From a bacterium (GTDB lineage: Bacteria > UBA8248), in assembly GCA_965221165.1 (NCBI GenBank), contig CBDCRP010000003.1, positions 608,001-672,000 of the forward strand: 64,000 nucleotides of DNA, in the 5' to 3' direction. Every line of letters begins with the position of its first letter. Positions within the stretch are counted from its first letter, which is position 1. Below, piece after piece: positions 47,406-57,321 of the stretch. Below the pieces are notes generated by a model. The model did no database searches and was not told the origin of the DNA. It saw only the letters and a list, made by a program, of their open reading frames with translations. Made by a program: the position numbers and the translations under genes.

Positions 47406-48356
47406 ATGCCGACTCTCGAAACTCACGCCATCAGCAGCGAACTGATCCGGGAAGTGGCCTTCGAGCTCAACCGCCGCGCCGCCATCGGCATTCCCAAGGA
47501 CGTGGGCGATTCCATCGCCGACATGGCCGAGCGCGAGACCGAGAAGCTCTCGAAGTTCGTGCTTCTCGAAATCGTCAACAACTACAAGGTCGCCGTGGAC
47601 GAACAGCGCCCCATGTGCGCCGACACCGGGCTTCCGCGCTTCTACGCCAAGGTGGGCAACGACGCCGCGGTCGAGGGCGGCTTCGTGGCGCTGGAACGCT
47701 CCGTCCGCCAGGGAACGGCGGACGCCACCGAGCGCGTGCCCCTGCGTCCGAACAGGGTGCACCCCATCAGCCGGCACGATTACAACAACAACGTAGGGAT
47801 ACACGCCCCCACGGTGGATTATTCCTGGGAGCCGGACGCCGACTGGATAGAACTCACCAGCTTCCACAAGGGGGGGCTCTTCGGCGGGGACTACCGGATG
47901 CTCTTCCCCACCGACGGGATAGACGGCATCAAGCGCTTTTTCCTGGACGTGATCAGCGAGTTCTTCAAGCGCGGCCTCTCCTGCCAGCCCGCCATCGTGG
48001 GAATCGGCATCGGCGGAACCAAGGACACCTGCGTGCGCCTCGCCAAGGAGGCGGCGTGCCTGCGCGTGGTGGGGGACAGAAACCCCGATCCGGAGATTGG
48101 GAAATTAGAAGAAGAGCTGAACGACCTCGGCAAAAGGACGAGCCTCGGCCCCATGGGCTTCAAGGGCGAGGGCGCGGTGATGGACACCCACATCGAGGTG
48201 GCCTACACCCATACGGGCGGCATGCCCATCTCGATCCACCACCAGTGTTTCGCGCTCAGGCGCGCCACCGCGCGCATCCACCCCGACGGCCAGGTGGAAT
48301 ACCGCGAAAACCCACATTGGTTCACCGACTACTACCGCCGCGACACCATCGGTTGA
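47406..48356 (+). CDS. Fe-S hydro-lyase alpha subunit (fumarate hydratase/tartrate dehydratase)
   Basis: PMCADTG, CQPAIVGIGIGG, GPMGFKG, QCFALRR. Confidence 0.85.
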   Translation: MPTLETHAISSELIREVAFELNRRAAIGIPKDVGDSIADMAERETEKLSKFVLLEIVNNYKVAVDEQRPMCADTGLPRFYAKVGNDAAVEGGFVALERSVRQGTADATERVPLRPNRVHPISRHDYNNNVGIHAPTVDYSWEPDADWIELTSFHKGGLFGGDYRMLFPTDGIDGIKRFFLDVISEFFKRGLSCQPAIVGIGIGGTKDTCVRLAKEAACLRVVGDRNPDPEIGKLEEELNDLGKRTSLGPMGFKGEGAVMDTHIEVAYTHTGGMPISIHHQCFALRRATARIHPDGQVEYRENPHWFTDYYRRDTIG

Positions 48357-48378
48357 GCGGCCCGGGAGATTTTTGAAT

Positions 48379-49062
48379 ATGAGCGGCACAGCCGACCTGG
48401 AAATGAAGGAGCACCGCCTCACGGCGCCGACCTCGCCCGAGGATCTCGCGAAACTGGAACTCGGCGACGTCGTCTATTTCGACGGCGTGATCTTCACGGG
48501 CAGAATCGGCCTCTACAAGAAACTCTTTGACGAAAAGGCGCCGCCGCCCGTGGACATCGCCTCGCTCACGAACGTGACGTTTCACTGCTCGCCCGCCGTG
48601 GGGCGAAACGACGCGGGCGAGTGGGAGGTGGCCGCCGTTACGGCCACGGCGAGTTTTCGCTTTGAAAAACACCTGCCGCTCCTGCTGGACGAGTACGAAA
48701 CACGCTGCGTCATCGGCAAGGGCGGCATGGCTCAGAAGTTTTATGAAGAACATTTCAAGCGCCTGGGCGCCGTGTTCCTGAACACGGTGGGCTACGGCAT
48801 CGGCGCGCAGTACGGGCGCGGCATCACCGGCGTCAGGGACGTCTACTGGCTCGATGAACTCGGCATCGCCCAGGCGATGTGGGTGTTCGAGGTAAAAAAC
48901 TTCGGGCCCTTCCTCGTGGAATGCGACGCCCGCGGGAACAGCCTCTACCAGATGGCGCTCGCCGAGACGAACGAGGAGTTGGTCAAGCTCTACGAGGGGC
49001 TGCCCCTCCCCGCACTCAAGCGCATGGGCGAGGTGCACAACCCCGAAGACGAGGTTTTCTAG
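48379..49062 (+). CDS. Fe-S hydro-lyase beta subunit (fumarate hydratase/tartrate dehydratase)
   Basis: LELGDVVY..G.IFTGR, TASFRF, IGKGG, NFGPFLVECDARGNSLY. Confidence 0.85.
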   Translation: MSGTADLEMKEHRLTAPTSPEDLAKLELGDVVYFDGVIFTGRIGLYKKLFDEKAPPPVDIASLTNVTFHCSPAVGRNDAGEWEVAAVTATASFRFEKHLPLLLDEYETRCVIGKGGMAQKFYEEHFKRLGAVFLNTVGYGIGAQYGRGITGVRDVYWLDELGIAQAMWVFEVKNFGPFLVECDARGNSLYQMALAETNEELVKLYEGLPLPALKRMGEVHNPEDEVF

Positions 49063-49110
49063 CAAATTCCCCGGAAATTCGAACGGAAACACCAACGAGA
49101 GGATAGGAAA

Positions 49111-50118
49111 TTGTCGAAAGGAATCGCCTGGGTCACCACGAGTTGGCTGAGCGGCCTCGAAGACCCGATGCGCCACTTCAGGCGGCTCGAAACCGAAGCG
49201 GGCCTGGAAGTGCGAATCGAATCGAACGGCGTGGACAAGACGGCAGACGAACTCATCGCCTCCCTTCCCGGCGTGGTCGTCACCTTCCCGAGCAACGACC
49301 CCTACAACGAGCACACCCTGGCGGCGGGAGTGGACCTGAAACACATCGCCAGAACGGGAGTGGGCTTCAACTCCGTCGACCTCGACGCCGCCACGCGCCA
49401 CGGGGTGGTCGTCACCAACGCGCCGGGCCAGAATTCCGATTCCGTGGCCGAACACGCGATAGGCCTCATGCTCTGCATCGCGCGAAAAATCGCCTCGAGC
49501 GATAAAAAAATGCGCGCGGGCGAATGGGCGGACCTGCGAGTTCCCCTATCGCCGCTCAGGGGCAAGACGCTGGGCATCATCGGGCTGGGCAACATCGGCA
49601 AGCGCGTGGCGAGGCGCGCCGTGGCCTTCGGCATGGAGGTCATCGCCCATGACATCGTGCGCGATGAACGCTTCGCCGCCGAGGTGGGCGTTTTCTATGA
49701 GGCGCGCGAGGAGGTGACGCGCAAAGCCGATTTCATCACCTGCCACGTACCCCTGAACGATGAGACGCGCGGCATGGTGGATGAGAAATTCCTCTCCTCG
49801 ATGAAGCCGGGGGCCTACCTCATCAACACCTCGCGCGGCCCCGTGGTGGATCTGGACGCCGCGGCCACGGCTCTCGAGCGCGGGGTCATCCAGGGCGCTG
49901 CGCTGGACGTTTTTCCGAACGAGCCTGCGGATCACCGCCACCGGATTTTCTCGCTCGACAACGTCGTCCTCACGCCGCACATCGCGGGCCTGGGCGAGGA
50001 CGCGTGTGAGCAATCGCTCGAGTTCGCCGTCGCCGCCGCGCTCGACGTCATTGCCGGAAGACGCCCTGCCGGTCTCCTGAACCCGGAGGTGCTGGACAAA
50101 GCGGGCATTAGAGACTAG
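49111..50118 (+). CDS. D-2-hydroxyacid / phosphoglycerate dehydrogenase family
   Basis: GIIGLGNIG, INTSRG, LDVFPNEP, TPHIAG. Confidence 0.9.
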   Translation: MSKGIAWVTTSWLSGLEDPMRHFRRLETEAGLEVRIESNGVDKTADELIASLPGVVVTFPSNDPYNEHTLAAGVDLKHIARTGVGFNSVDLDAATRHGVVVTNAPGQNSDSVAEHAIGLMLCIARKIASSDKKMRAGEWADLRVPLSPLRGKTLGIIGLGNIGKRVARRAVAFGMEVIAHDIVRDERFAAEVGVFYEAREEVTRKADFITCHVPLNDETRGMVDEKFLSSMKPGAYLINTSRGPVVDLDAAATALERGVIQGAALDVFPNEPADHRHRIFSLDNVVLTPHIAGLGEDACEQSLEFAVAAALDVIAGRRPAGLLNPEVLDKAGIRD

Positions 50119-50191
50119 AAAACTCGTCATCTTTCCCCGGGCCTCACCCCCGGGGCGCTCGAAACTCGCCGCCGTCATCGAGGATGGATTC

Positions 50192-51592
50192 ATGCGGAAA
50201 ACAAAGAAACTGCGCGCACTCCTCGCCGCCGCCTGCCTCCTCCTTCCCTTCGCCGGGCAGGCTCTCGGGGCCGACGCCAAGCCTGAGGCCGCAGCCCTGC
50301 GCGTTCCCTGGAACGTGACCGAACACAAGATGAACAACGGAATGCGCGCCCTGCTGCTGCCGGACCACAGCGCGCCGATGGTGGTCATGAAGGTCTGGTA
50401 CGCCGTCGGCAGCCGGGACGAGCAACCGGGCCTCACGGGCATCGCGCATTTTCTGGAGCACATGATGTTTCGCGGCACCAAAAAATACGGGCCCAAGGAA
50501 TTCAGCAAAATCATCAAGAAAAACGGCGGCTCGCACAACGCGTTCACGAGCTTCGATTACACTGCGTACTACGAGCGCATCGCCTCGGACAGGCTCGAAC
50601 TCATCATCGAACTGGAAGCCGACCGCATGGTGAACATGGTGCTCGAAAAGGCGGCGTTCGACGCGGAGAAAAACGTGGTCCACGAGGAGAGGCGCACCCG
50701 AAGCGACAGGCCGACGGGCAAGTTCTGGGAACAACTCCGCGCCGTCGCCTACACGAACCATCCCTACAAGAACCCGATCATCGGCTGGCCCGAGGACGTG
50801 GAGGCCATTACCACCCAGGACATGGAGGCGTTCTACAAACGCTACTACAGCCCCGATAACGCCGTGGCCGTCCTCGTGGGCGATTTCAAGGTCGAAGAGG
50901 CGGTCGCTCTCCTGAAAAAACATTTTGGGAAAATCCCCGCATCCCCCACTTTCAAGAAAAGACCCAGGCTCTTCGAGTTCCCCCAGCGATCGGAGCGCAG
51001 GGTGTACGTGCGCGCGGACGCGCAGCTTCCCTATGTGGCTATCGGCTACCACGCCCCCAACTGGAAGAGCGGGGACGCGCCCGCTCTCGTGATGCTCGAA
51101 TCCATCCTCGGCGGGGGGGAGACCTCGCGCCTCCACCAAAGGCTGGTGCGCAAGGACACCACCGCCCTGGGCGCGGGCGCCGATTACACCTACATGTCGG
51201 TGGACCCGATGGTATTCTATCTCTACGCGAGGGTGGCGCCGGGCAAGAAGGCCGCCGACGCGGAAAAGGCCCTGCTCGAGGAGGTGGAAAAACTCATCGA
51301 AAAAGGCGTTGCGGACGAGGAGTTCCGCCGCGCGCTCAGGAACATCGAGGCGAACACGATTTTCGCCATGGATTCTCACTACTACCGCGCGAGGCTCTTA
51401 GGCCAGGCGGCGGTGTCGGGCGACTGGCGGTTGCTCGAAGGCTACCTGCCCACCCTCAGGAAAGTGACGCCCGCCGACGTGGTTCGCGTCGCCAAAAAAT
51501 ACCTGGACCACAAGAACAAGACCACCGCCGAACTCATACCGACCAAAAAGAGCCGCCGCGCAAGCGCCGCCAAAAGCCGGGGAGGACGCTAG
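50192..51592 (+). CDS. M16 family metallopeptidase, catalytic subunit, with signal peptide
   Basis: HFLEH inverted zinc motif, NAFTSFD. Confidence 0.92.
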   Translation: MRKTKKLRALLAAACLLLPFAGQALGADAKPEAAALRVPWNVTEHKMNNGMRALLLPDHSAPMVVMKVWYAVGSRDEQPGLTGIAHFLEHMMFRGTKKYGPKEFSKIIKKNGGSHNAFTSFDYTAYYERIASDRLELIIELEADRMVNMVLEKAAFDAEKNVVHEERRTRSDRPTGKFWEQLRAVAYTNHPYKNPIIGWPEDVEAITTQDMEAFYKRYYSPDNAVAVLVGDFKVEEAVALLKKHFGKIPASPTFKKRPRLFEFPQRSERRVYVRADAQLPYVAIGYHAPNWKSGDAPALVMLESILGGGETSRLHQRLVRKDTTALGAGADYTYMSVDPMVFYLYARVAPGKKAADAEKALLEEVEKLIEKGVADEEFRRALRNIEANTIFAMDSHYYRARLLGQAAVSGDWRLLEGYLPTLRKVTPADVVRVAKKYLDHKNKTTAELIPTKKSRRASAAKSRGGR

Positions 51593-51593
51593 C

Positions 51594-52922
51594 ATGAGGC
51601 TCCACCGCATTCTCTGGACGCCGGCCGCCATACTCCTCCTTCCCTCCCTGGCGGGCGCCGCCGTCATCACTTATGAGCGCGAGGAACTGCCGGGCGGCGG
51701 CGTATTGCTCGTCAAGGAAAACAAACAACTGCCCATGGCGCGGATCGCCGTCTCGATTCCGGCGGGCGCGCGCCACGAGGCCCCCGAGCAGGCGGGGCTT
51801 GCGAACCTTGCCGCCGCACTGCTGGCCCGGGGGACGAAAGCGAGAAGCGCATCCGACATCGAGAAGACGAACGACGCCCTGGGCGGCGGCGTGGGCGTCG
51901 AGGCCGGCCGCTCAAGGGCGGAGGCGTCCATGCGCGTGCTCACGCGGGATCTGGATGAGGGACTCTCCCTGCTGAGCGACGTACTCAGAAACCCCACCTT
52001 CCCGGCGGAGGAGATGAAGAAGACGAAGCGGCGCATCCTGGGCGCGTTGCGTCAAAAACGCGAGCGGCCCGCCCATCTGGCGAACAAGGCGCTCCGGAAG
52101 AGCCTGTTCGGCGAAACGCCCTATGGCCGCATGGCCGAGGGGACGGAAGCGTCGATCAAGAAGCTGCGAAGAGAAGACCTCGTCGGGTTCCACAAGAAAT
52201 GGTACGGCATGAAGGGCGCCGTCTTCGTCTTCGTGGGCGACGTTTCACTTCAAAAAGCGCGCGCTCTCGTTCTGGCCCGCTTCAAGGACTGGCGCGCGAG
52301 CGGAGGAAATATCCCCGAGGCGACGCCGCCCGAGGCGCCCAAGAAGATGCAGGTGATCAAGATCGACCGCCCCCTCGCCCAAACCACGGTGATGCTGGGC
52401 AACCGCTCGCTCAAGCGCACGAATCCCGATTTCTACGCCGCGCGCGTGATGAACTACATCCTGGGCGGGGGCGGTTTTTCCAGCAGAGTCATGGACAACC
52501 TCCGGGAGGAGAAGGGCCTCGTCTACAGCGTCTACAGCTATTTCGCCGCGGGCCGTCACGCGGGCCACTGGCGGCTCATCCTGCAGACGAAGAACAAGAG
52601 CGTGAACGAGGCCATCGCCGAGGCGATCAAGGAGGTAAAGCGCATCCAGACGAAGGGGGTGAGCGAGGAGGAGCTTCAAGACGCCAAGGATTTCATCACC
52701 GGAAACTTCGCCACGCGCTTCGGCTCATCGGGCCGCATCTCGGACTACATTCTCGCGGTGGAGATTTTGGGTTTCTCGCCCGGCTACGCGGATGAATACC
52801 TGAAAAAGATTCGAGGCGTCACGAAGGAGCAAATCCTGGCCGCCGCGAGAAAATACATCAAGCTCGATGAATCCACCCTCGCCGTGGTGGGAAAACTGAG
52901 CGAGGCGAAGCTGGCCTATTGA
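51594..52922 (+). CDS. M16 family non-catalytic partner subunit
   Basis: GLANLAAALLARGT (no HxxEH), LREEKGLVYSV. Confidence 0.9.
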   Translation: MRLHRILWTPAAILLLPSLAGAAVITYEREELPGGGVLLVKENKQLPMARIAVSIPAGARHEAPEQAGLANLAAALLARGTKARSASDIEKTNDALGGGVGVEAGRSRAEASMRVLTRDLDEGLSLLSDVLRNPTFPAEEMKKTKRRILGALRQKRERPAHLANKALRKSLFGETPYGRMAEGTEASIKKLRREDLVGFHKKWYGMKGAVFVFVGDVSLQKARALVLARFKDWRASGGNIPEATPPEAPKKMQVIKIDRPLAQTTVMLGNRSLKRTNPDFYAARVMNYILGGGGFSSRVMDNLREEKGLVYSVYSYFAAGRHAGHWRLILQTKNKSVNEAIAEAIKEVKRIQTKGVSEEELQDAKDFITGNFATRFGSSGRISDYILAVEILGFSPGYADEYLKKIRGVTKEQILAAARKYIKLDESTLAVVGKLSEAKLAY

Positions 52923-52951
52923 GGCGCGCCGACAAATCAGGAGGAATGAAA

Positions 52952-53347
52952 ATGAAGCGCGAAACGCTGGCTCCAGAGACGCTGGCCGAACCGGCCGGAC
53001 ATTTCTCGCACGGGGTCATCACCGAGGGCGGGCGAACGCTCTACGTGGCGGGCCAGACGCCCGTGGATGAGGACGGCAACCTCGTCTGCGCGGGCGACGC
53101 GGAGGGGCAGGCGCGCCAGTGCTACAGAAACATCCAGAAGGTGGTGGAGGCGGCGGGCGGGCGCATGGCGGATACCGCCAAGATTCAGGTCTTCGTCACG
53201 AGCCTCGATTACAGGAGCGCCGTCGGCAAGGTGCGCACCGAGTTTTTTCCCGACGCCCCGCCGGTGAGCACGTTCCTGGTGATATCGAGCCTGGCCGACC
53301 CCGATTTTCTGGTCGAAGTCGAGGCGATCGTCCCTCTGCCTGCATAA
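52952..53347 (+). CDS. RidA/YjgF family protein
   Basis: LYVAGQ..LVEVEAI. Confidence 0.9.
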   Translation: MKRETLAPETLAEPAGHFSHGVITEGGRTLYVAGQTPVDEDGNLVCAGDAEGQARQCYRNIQKVVEAAGGRMADTAKIQVFVTSLDYRSAVGKVRTEFFPDAPPVSTFLVISSLADPDFLVEVEAIVPLPA

Positions 53348-53360
53348 GAGAATAAAACCG

Positions 53361-53741
53361 GTGAACGCAAAAACCGCCCTGCGCTGGCTGCTCGCGCTCG
53401 GGTTGATGGCGGCGATTCACCTCTGGACGGCCACGGGTGCGCTCAATCCTTCTTCTCCCCTTCCCTTCGGGGTGGACAAAATCGTGCACCTTTGCGAATT
53501 TGGGCTTCTCGCCCGGCTGCTCTGGCGGCCCTGGCGGGAGACGCTCCCCCGCTGGCCCGAGGGGAAAACCGCCGCCTTCGTCTTCATCCTCACCGCCCTG
53601 AACGGTGCGGGCGATGAGTTGCATCAGCTTTTTCTGCCCCACAGGGCCGCGGCGTGGGGAGACCTGGCGGCGGACGCCGCCGGCGGCGGAATCGCCGTTT
53701 TCTGGTGCCTGCACCGCGAAAAGGCAAGGACGCAACGATAG
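53361..53741 (+). CDS. VanZ family membrane protein
   Basis: DKIVHLCEF, DELHQLFLPHR..DLAAD. Confidence 0.85.
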   Translation: MNAKTALRWLLALGLMAAIHLWTATGALNPSSPLPFGVDKIVHLCEFGLLARLLWRPWRETLPRWPEGKTAAFVFILTALNGAGDELHQLFLPHRAAAWGDLAADAAGGGIAVFWCLHREKARTQR

Positions 53742-53751
53742 GAGAACACTC

Positions 53752-54201
53752 GTGTCCAGCATCCGGGACGCCCTCGCAGAAGACATGAAGACCGCCATGC
53801 GCGCGAAGGAGACGCTCAGACTCTCCACCATCCGGATGGCGTGCGCCGAGATTTTGAACAAGGATAAGGAAAGCGGCGAAGAAACATCGCCGGAGGAGAT
53901 TCTCAAGCTACTCCAAAGTATGGTAAAGAAACGAGAGGAAGCCGCCGAGCAGTACGCAGCCGCCGACCGCGAGGACATGGCCCAAAAAGAACGCGATGAG
54001 ATTCGGATCATCCAGGGCTATCTCCCCGCGCAGATGGAGGATGCGGAAATCGAAGCCGCTGCCCGGGCGGTCATCGAGGAAACCGGGGCCTCCTCGATGA
54101 GAGACATGGGCAAGGTGATGGGAATTTTGACACGCAAACTGGCCGGGCGCGCTGCGGGCGCCCGCGTTTCCCAGGCGGTCCGGAAGCTCCTGGGCGCATG
54201 A
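53752..54201 (+). CDS. GatB/YqeY domain protein
   Basis: DMKTAMRAKE, KKREEA, YLPAQM, DMGKVMG. Confidence 0.9.
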   Translation: MSSIRDALAEDMKTAMRAKETLRLSTIRMACAEILNKDKESGEETSPEEILKLLQSMVKKREEAAEQYAAADREDMAQKERDEIRIIQGYLPAQMEDAEIEAAARAVIEETGASSMRDMGKVMGILTRKLAGRAAGARVSQAVRKLLGA

Positions 54202-54216
54202 GGAGGAGGTCTCCAA

Positions 54217-54612
54217 ATGAATAAACCGACCTATCGCTTAGAAGATGTCGCCACGGCGTATCAATGCGAGCCCGAACAGGAGGAGATCATCTCCGCTCTG
54301 GCCGAGCGCGACTACCGCGTATTCGAGGTCGAGCAACCCGCCGGAGCCTTCGTGCCGTATCACACGCACCATGAGGAAGAAGCCGTCATAGTCATCGAGG
54401 GGCAGATGCAGTTCAACGTGGAGGAAGAACTCGTCCTCGTCCGGCAGGGCGAGGTGATCACCATCCGCGAGGAGGCGATCCACAGCGCCGCCCAGGTGGG
54501 AGAGGAGAAGGCCAAACTCCTGCTCGCCTTCCCGAACGACGGGGACGACCCGCCGGTCATCGACCTCGACTGGGAGGGCGATGAGGAGGACGACAACATC
54601 GGCTACGCCTGA
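54217..54612 (+). CDS. Cupin domain protein
   Basis: HTHHEEE..IEG..IHSA. Confidence 0.8.
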   Translation: MNKPTYRLEDVATAYQCEPEQEEIISALAERDYRVFEVEQPAGAFVPYHTHHEEEAVIVIEGQMQFNVEEELVLVRQGEVITIREEAIHSAAQVGEEKAKLLLAFPNDGDDPPVIDLDWEGDEEDDNIGYA

Positions 54613-55087
54613 GTCATACTACTTCGCCTACGGGGCGAACCTGCACCTCGCAAATATGAAATCCCGCTGTCCGAAGAGCGCGCCCGTTTGCGCCGCGCGC
54701 CTGGAGGATTACCGCCTCACCATCGCCCTGCCCGCCACCGCGCCGGAAAACCAGCCCGGCTGGGCCACCGTGACGCCCCAGGAGGGCGCACAGGCGCCGG
54801 GCGCATTGTTTCGCCTCCACGCCGAGGACCTGCCCGCGCTGGATCGTTTCGAGGACTACCCGGCGCTCTATGACCGCAAGGATGTGGAAGTACGGACGAC
54901 CGACGGCGCCCGCCGGGCCATGATCTACATCATGGCGCACCCTCTGAGAGCGGCGCGCCCCACAATGCCGTACGCCCAAACACTCAGGCAAGGATACGCG
55001 GATTTCGGTTTGCCGATGGAAGCGCTGGAAAACGCTCTAAAGGAAATTTCCTCTTATCATCCCGGAACCGAAACCAGCCCGCCCTAG
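54581..55087 (+). CDS. Gamma-glutamylcyclotransferase family protein
   Basis: YFAYGANL, LDRFEDYP.LY. Confidence 0.85.
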   Translation: MRRTTTSATPESYYFAYGANLHLANMKSRCPKSAPVCAARLEDYRLTIALPATAPENQPGWATVTPQEGAQAPGALFRLHAEDLPALDRFEDYPALYDRKDVEVRTTDGARRAMIYIMAHPLRAARPTMPYAQTLRQGYADFGLPMEALENALKEISSYHPGTETSPP

Positions 55088-55569
55088 AAATCTCCCTTCT
55101 CCTGCAGATACGGCACGAGGCCGCCCGCCTCGATCATCGCCCACAGGCCGTCCGGGAACGGGGCGAAAGTGATGGTCTCATCCCCTGCGCGGGCCTCGCC
55201 TTTCACAGGGTCGACCTCAATCTCATCGCCCGCTCTTATCGCGTCGGTGTCGCACGCGATGACGGGGAGCCCTGAGTTGATGGCGTTTCTATAGAACATG
55301 TGCCCGAAGCTCCTGGCGAGCACGCAGCTCACGCCCAGTTCCCTGAGCACGACGGCGGAATCCTGACGGCTGCTGATGAGCCCGAAATTCTCCCCCGCCA
55401 CCACCACGTCGCCTGCCCGCACGTTCGCCGAGAAATCAGGATCCAGCTCCTTGAAGGCGTCTCGCTTTAACTGCTCCAGCGAGGTGCCGGGCGGGCGGTA
55501 TTTGACCGATAGATGCACGTCGGTGCTGATGTCGTCGCCAAAGCGGTGGACGCGTCCTCTCATCGCCAA
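55084..55569 (-). CDS. LeuD/HacB-type hydro-lyase small subunit
   Basis: FGDDISTD, NFGLISSR, FYRNAINSG. Confidence 0.88.
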   Translation of the reverse strand: MAMRGRVHRFGDDISTDVHLSVKYRPPGTSLEQLKRDAFKELDPDFSANVRAGDVVVAGENFGLISSRQDSAVVLRELGVSCVLARSFGHMFYRNAINSGLPVIACDTDAIRAGDEIEVDPVKGEARAGDETITFAPFPDGLWAMIEAGGLVPYLQEKGDF

Positions 55570-55638
55570 AATTTCATCCTCCCCGTCATGCCGCCATACT
55601 CGTCACACCAACCATGCCTGCCATACGCGCCATATCCA

Positions 55639-56895
55639 CTATAAAAATTCCCGGGGGTCGGTGATGCGGCCCGTGAGCGCGCTCGCCGCCACCGTGGCCG
55701 GCGAGCCTAAAAATATCTCGGCTTCCTTGCTGCCCAATCTCCCCGGAAAGTTCCGGTTGGCGGAGGATATGGCCCGCTCGCCGTCGGCCAGACAGCCGTT
55801 TCCCGTCATCGAGGCGCACGGCCCGCATGCGGCGGTGAGCACGGCGGCCCCCGCTTCGGCCAAAGCCCCGATGGCCCCGCTTGCGGCTGCGGCCTCATAG
55901 ATTCTCCTGCTCGTTGGCGCGACGTAAAAGCGCACGCCGGGGGCGATTTTCCTGCCCCGCACGATTTTTGCCGCGATCTCGATGTCCTCGAGCCTTCCGT
56001 TCGTGCACGTGCCCACGAACGCCTGATGGACCGGGAGGCCCGCGTATTCATCGACCGGATGCGCGTTCCCCGTGGAGGGAGGAGCGGCCACGACGGGCGT
56101 GAGTTCAGAAATATCGAGATGGATTCTTCTCGCGTAGACGGCGTCCGCGTCGGGTGATACCACCCCGTCCACAGGCGCACCGTGCGCCCGCGCCCAGTCG
56201 AGCGTTTTCTCGTCCACTTCCATAACCCCCGTCTTCGCCCCCATGTCGACCGACATGTTCGCGACCGTGAAGCGCGCGTCCATCGACAGATCGGCGAGCG
56301 CCGAGCCGCCGTATTCCACCGCCATGTAGTTCGCGCCGTTCTCGCCCATCTCGCGCGCGAGGACGAGTTCCATGTCTTTTGAGAACACGCCGCGGGCGAG
56401 CGCGCCGGTGAACTCCACGCGAACGCTCTCGGGCGTCTTGAACCACAGTTTTCCGGTGGCGTAGGCCGAAGCTATCTCCACGCTCTCCACGGCCACGCCC
56501 ATCGCGCCCAGCGCCCCGTAGGTGCACACGTGGCTGTCGCCCCCCACGGTGAGCGCGCCGGGGCCGACGCGGCCTTCTTCGGTCACCACGGTGTGGCAGA
56601 CGCCCGCGCCCGGCTCGAACACTTCCACGCCGAACTCGGCCCCAAAAATTCTCAGTTTCTTGTGATGGTTCGCCCAGAGAACGTCCTGAGCGGGCACGAA
56701 ATGGTCGATGATGAAATCCGTTTTCTTCGGATCCATCCTGAACTCGAAACCCGCATCCTTGAAGATGTCGATAGCCTTCGGCCCCTTGGCGTCGCCCGCC
56801 ATGACGTAGTCGAGCTCGGCGATAACCAGATCGCCCGCCCCGGCCTCACGGCCCGCGTGTGAGGAAAGGATTTTCTCCGCCATCGTCTGACCCAC
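55639..56895 (-). CDS. LeuC/HacA-type aconitase-family large subunit
   Basis: DHF, GVCH, GDSH.CTYGA, GTCTNGR, CGPC, NRNFPGR. Confidence 0.9.
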   Translation of the reverse strand: MGQTMAEKILSSHAGREAGAGDLVIAELDYVMAGDAKGPKAIDIFKDAGFEFRMDPKKTDFIIDHFVPAQDVLWANHHKKLRIFGAEFGVEVFEPGAGVCHTVVTEEGRVGPGALTVGGDSHVCTYGALGAMGVAVESVEIASAYATGKLWFKTPESVRVEFTGALARGVFSKDMELVLAREMGENGANYMAVEYGGSALADLSMDARFTVANMSVDMGAKTGVMEVDEKTLDWARAHGAPVDGVVSPDADAVYARRIHLDISELTPVVAAPPSTGNAHPVDEYAGLPVHQAFVGTCTNGRLEDIEIAAKIVRGRKIAPGVRFYVAPTSRRIYEAAAASGAIGALAEAGAAVLTAACGPCASMTGNGCLADGERAISSANRNFPGRLGSKEAEIFLGSPATVAASALTGRITDPREFL

Positions 56896-57040
56896 GATTT
56901 TCTCCTTGCGCAGTCTTTCATACCGAAAACCCGGAGCCACCTGTATACACCAAAAATCAGGCCTACGGATAGTTTCATGAGGTCAATCCCGACTGATGAA
57001 GGAGGAATTGCGGAATCCAGGGACATCAAGCTTCGGACGC

Positions 57041-57146
57041 CCGTAGGGGCTGCATATATGCGGCCCTCAAAGAAAAACACCCGCCGCTCATCGGTCGGGT
57101 CGCATATATGGGTGGCGGACATATATGTCCGACCTACGGAGGGAGG
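57041..57146. repeat. REPIN-like inverted pair of GTAG REP hairpins
   Basis: CCGTAGGGGCTGCATATATGCGGCCC ... GGTGGCGGACATATATGTCCGACCTACGG; reverse complement of the elements at 62.4-63.0 kb. Confidence 0.8.
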
Positions 57147-57321
57147 GATTGACTCTCAAGGAGGGAATGATCCCGAAGCGCGAGCGGGCTGGAGTCAAGT
57201 TCGCCGTCGTTTTGGTTTTCACGCAACATCCGCCGGGGAGCGCCGGAAAATCGCTTTGACTTTCCACGCGCCCCGGGAGACACTAACCAGGTGATCTCCA
57301 CGGGCAGACGGGAGAAACCGA

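Noticed and set aside
50192-52922. Second M16 subunit lacking HxxEH
   Set aside because: A catalytic/non-catalytic M16B pair is a well-known arrangement
55586-55639. Met-rich mini-ORF / ATGGC repeats between the leuC-like and leuD-like genes
   Set aside because: Too short and degenerate to distinguish from chance
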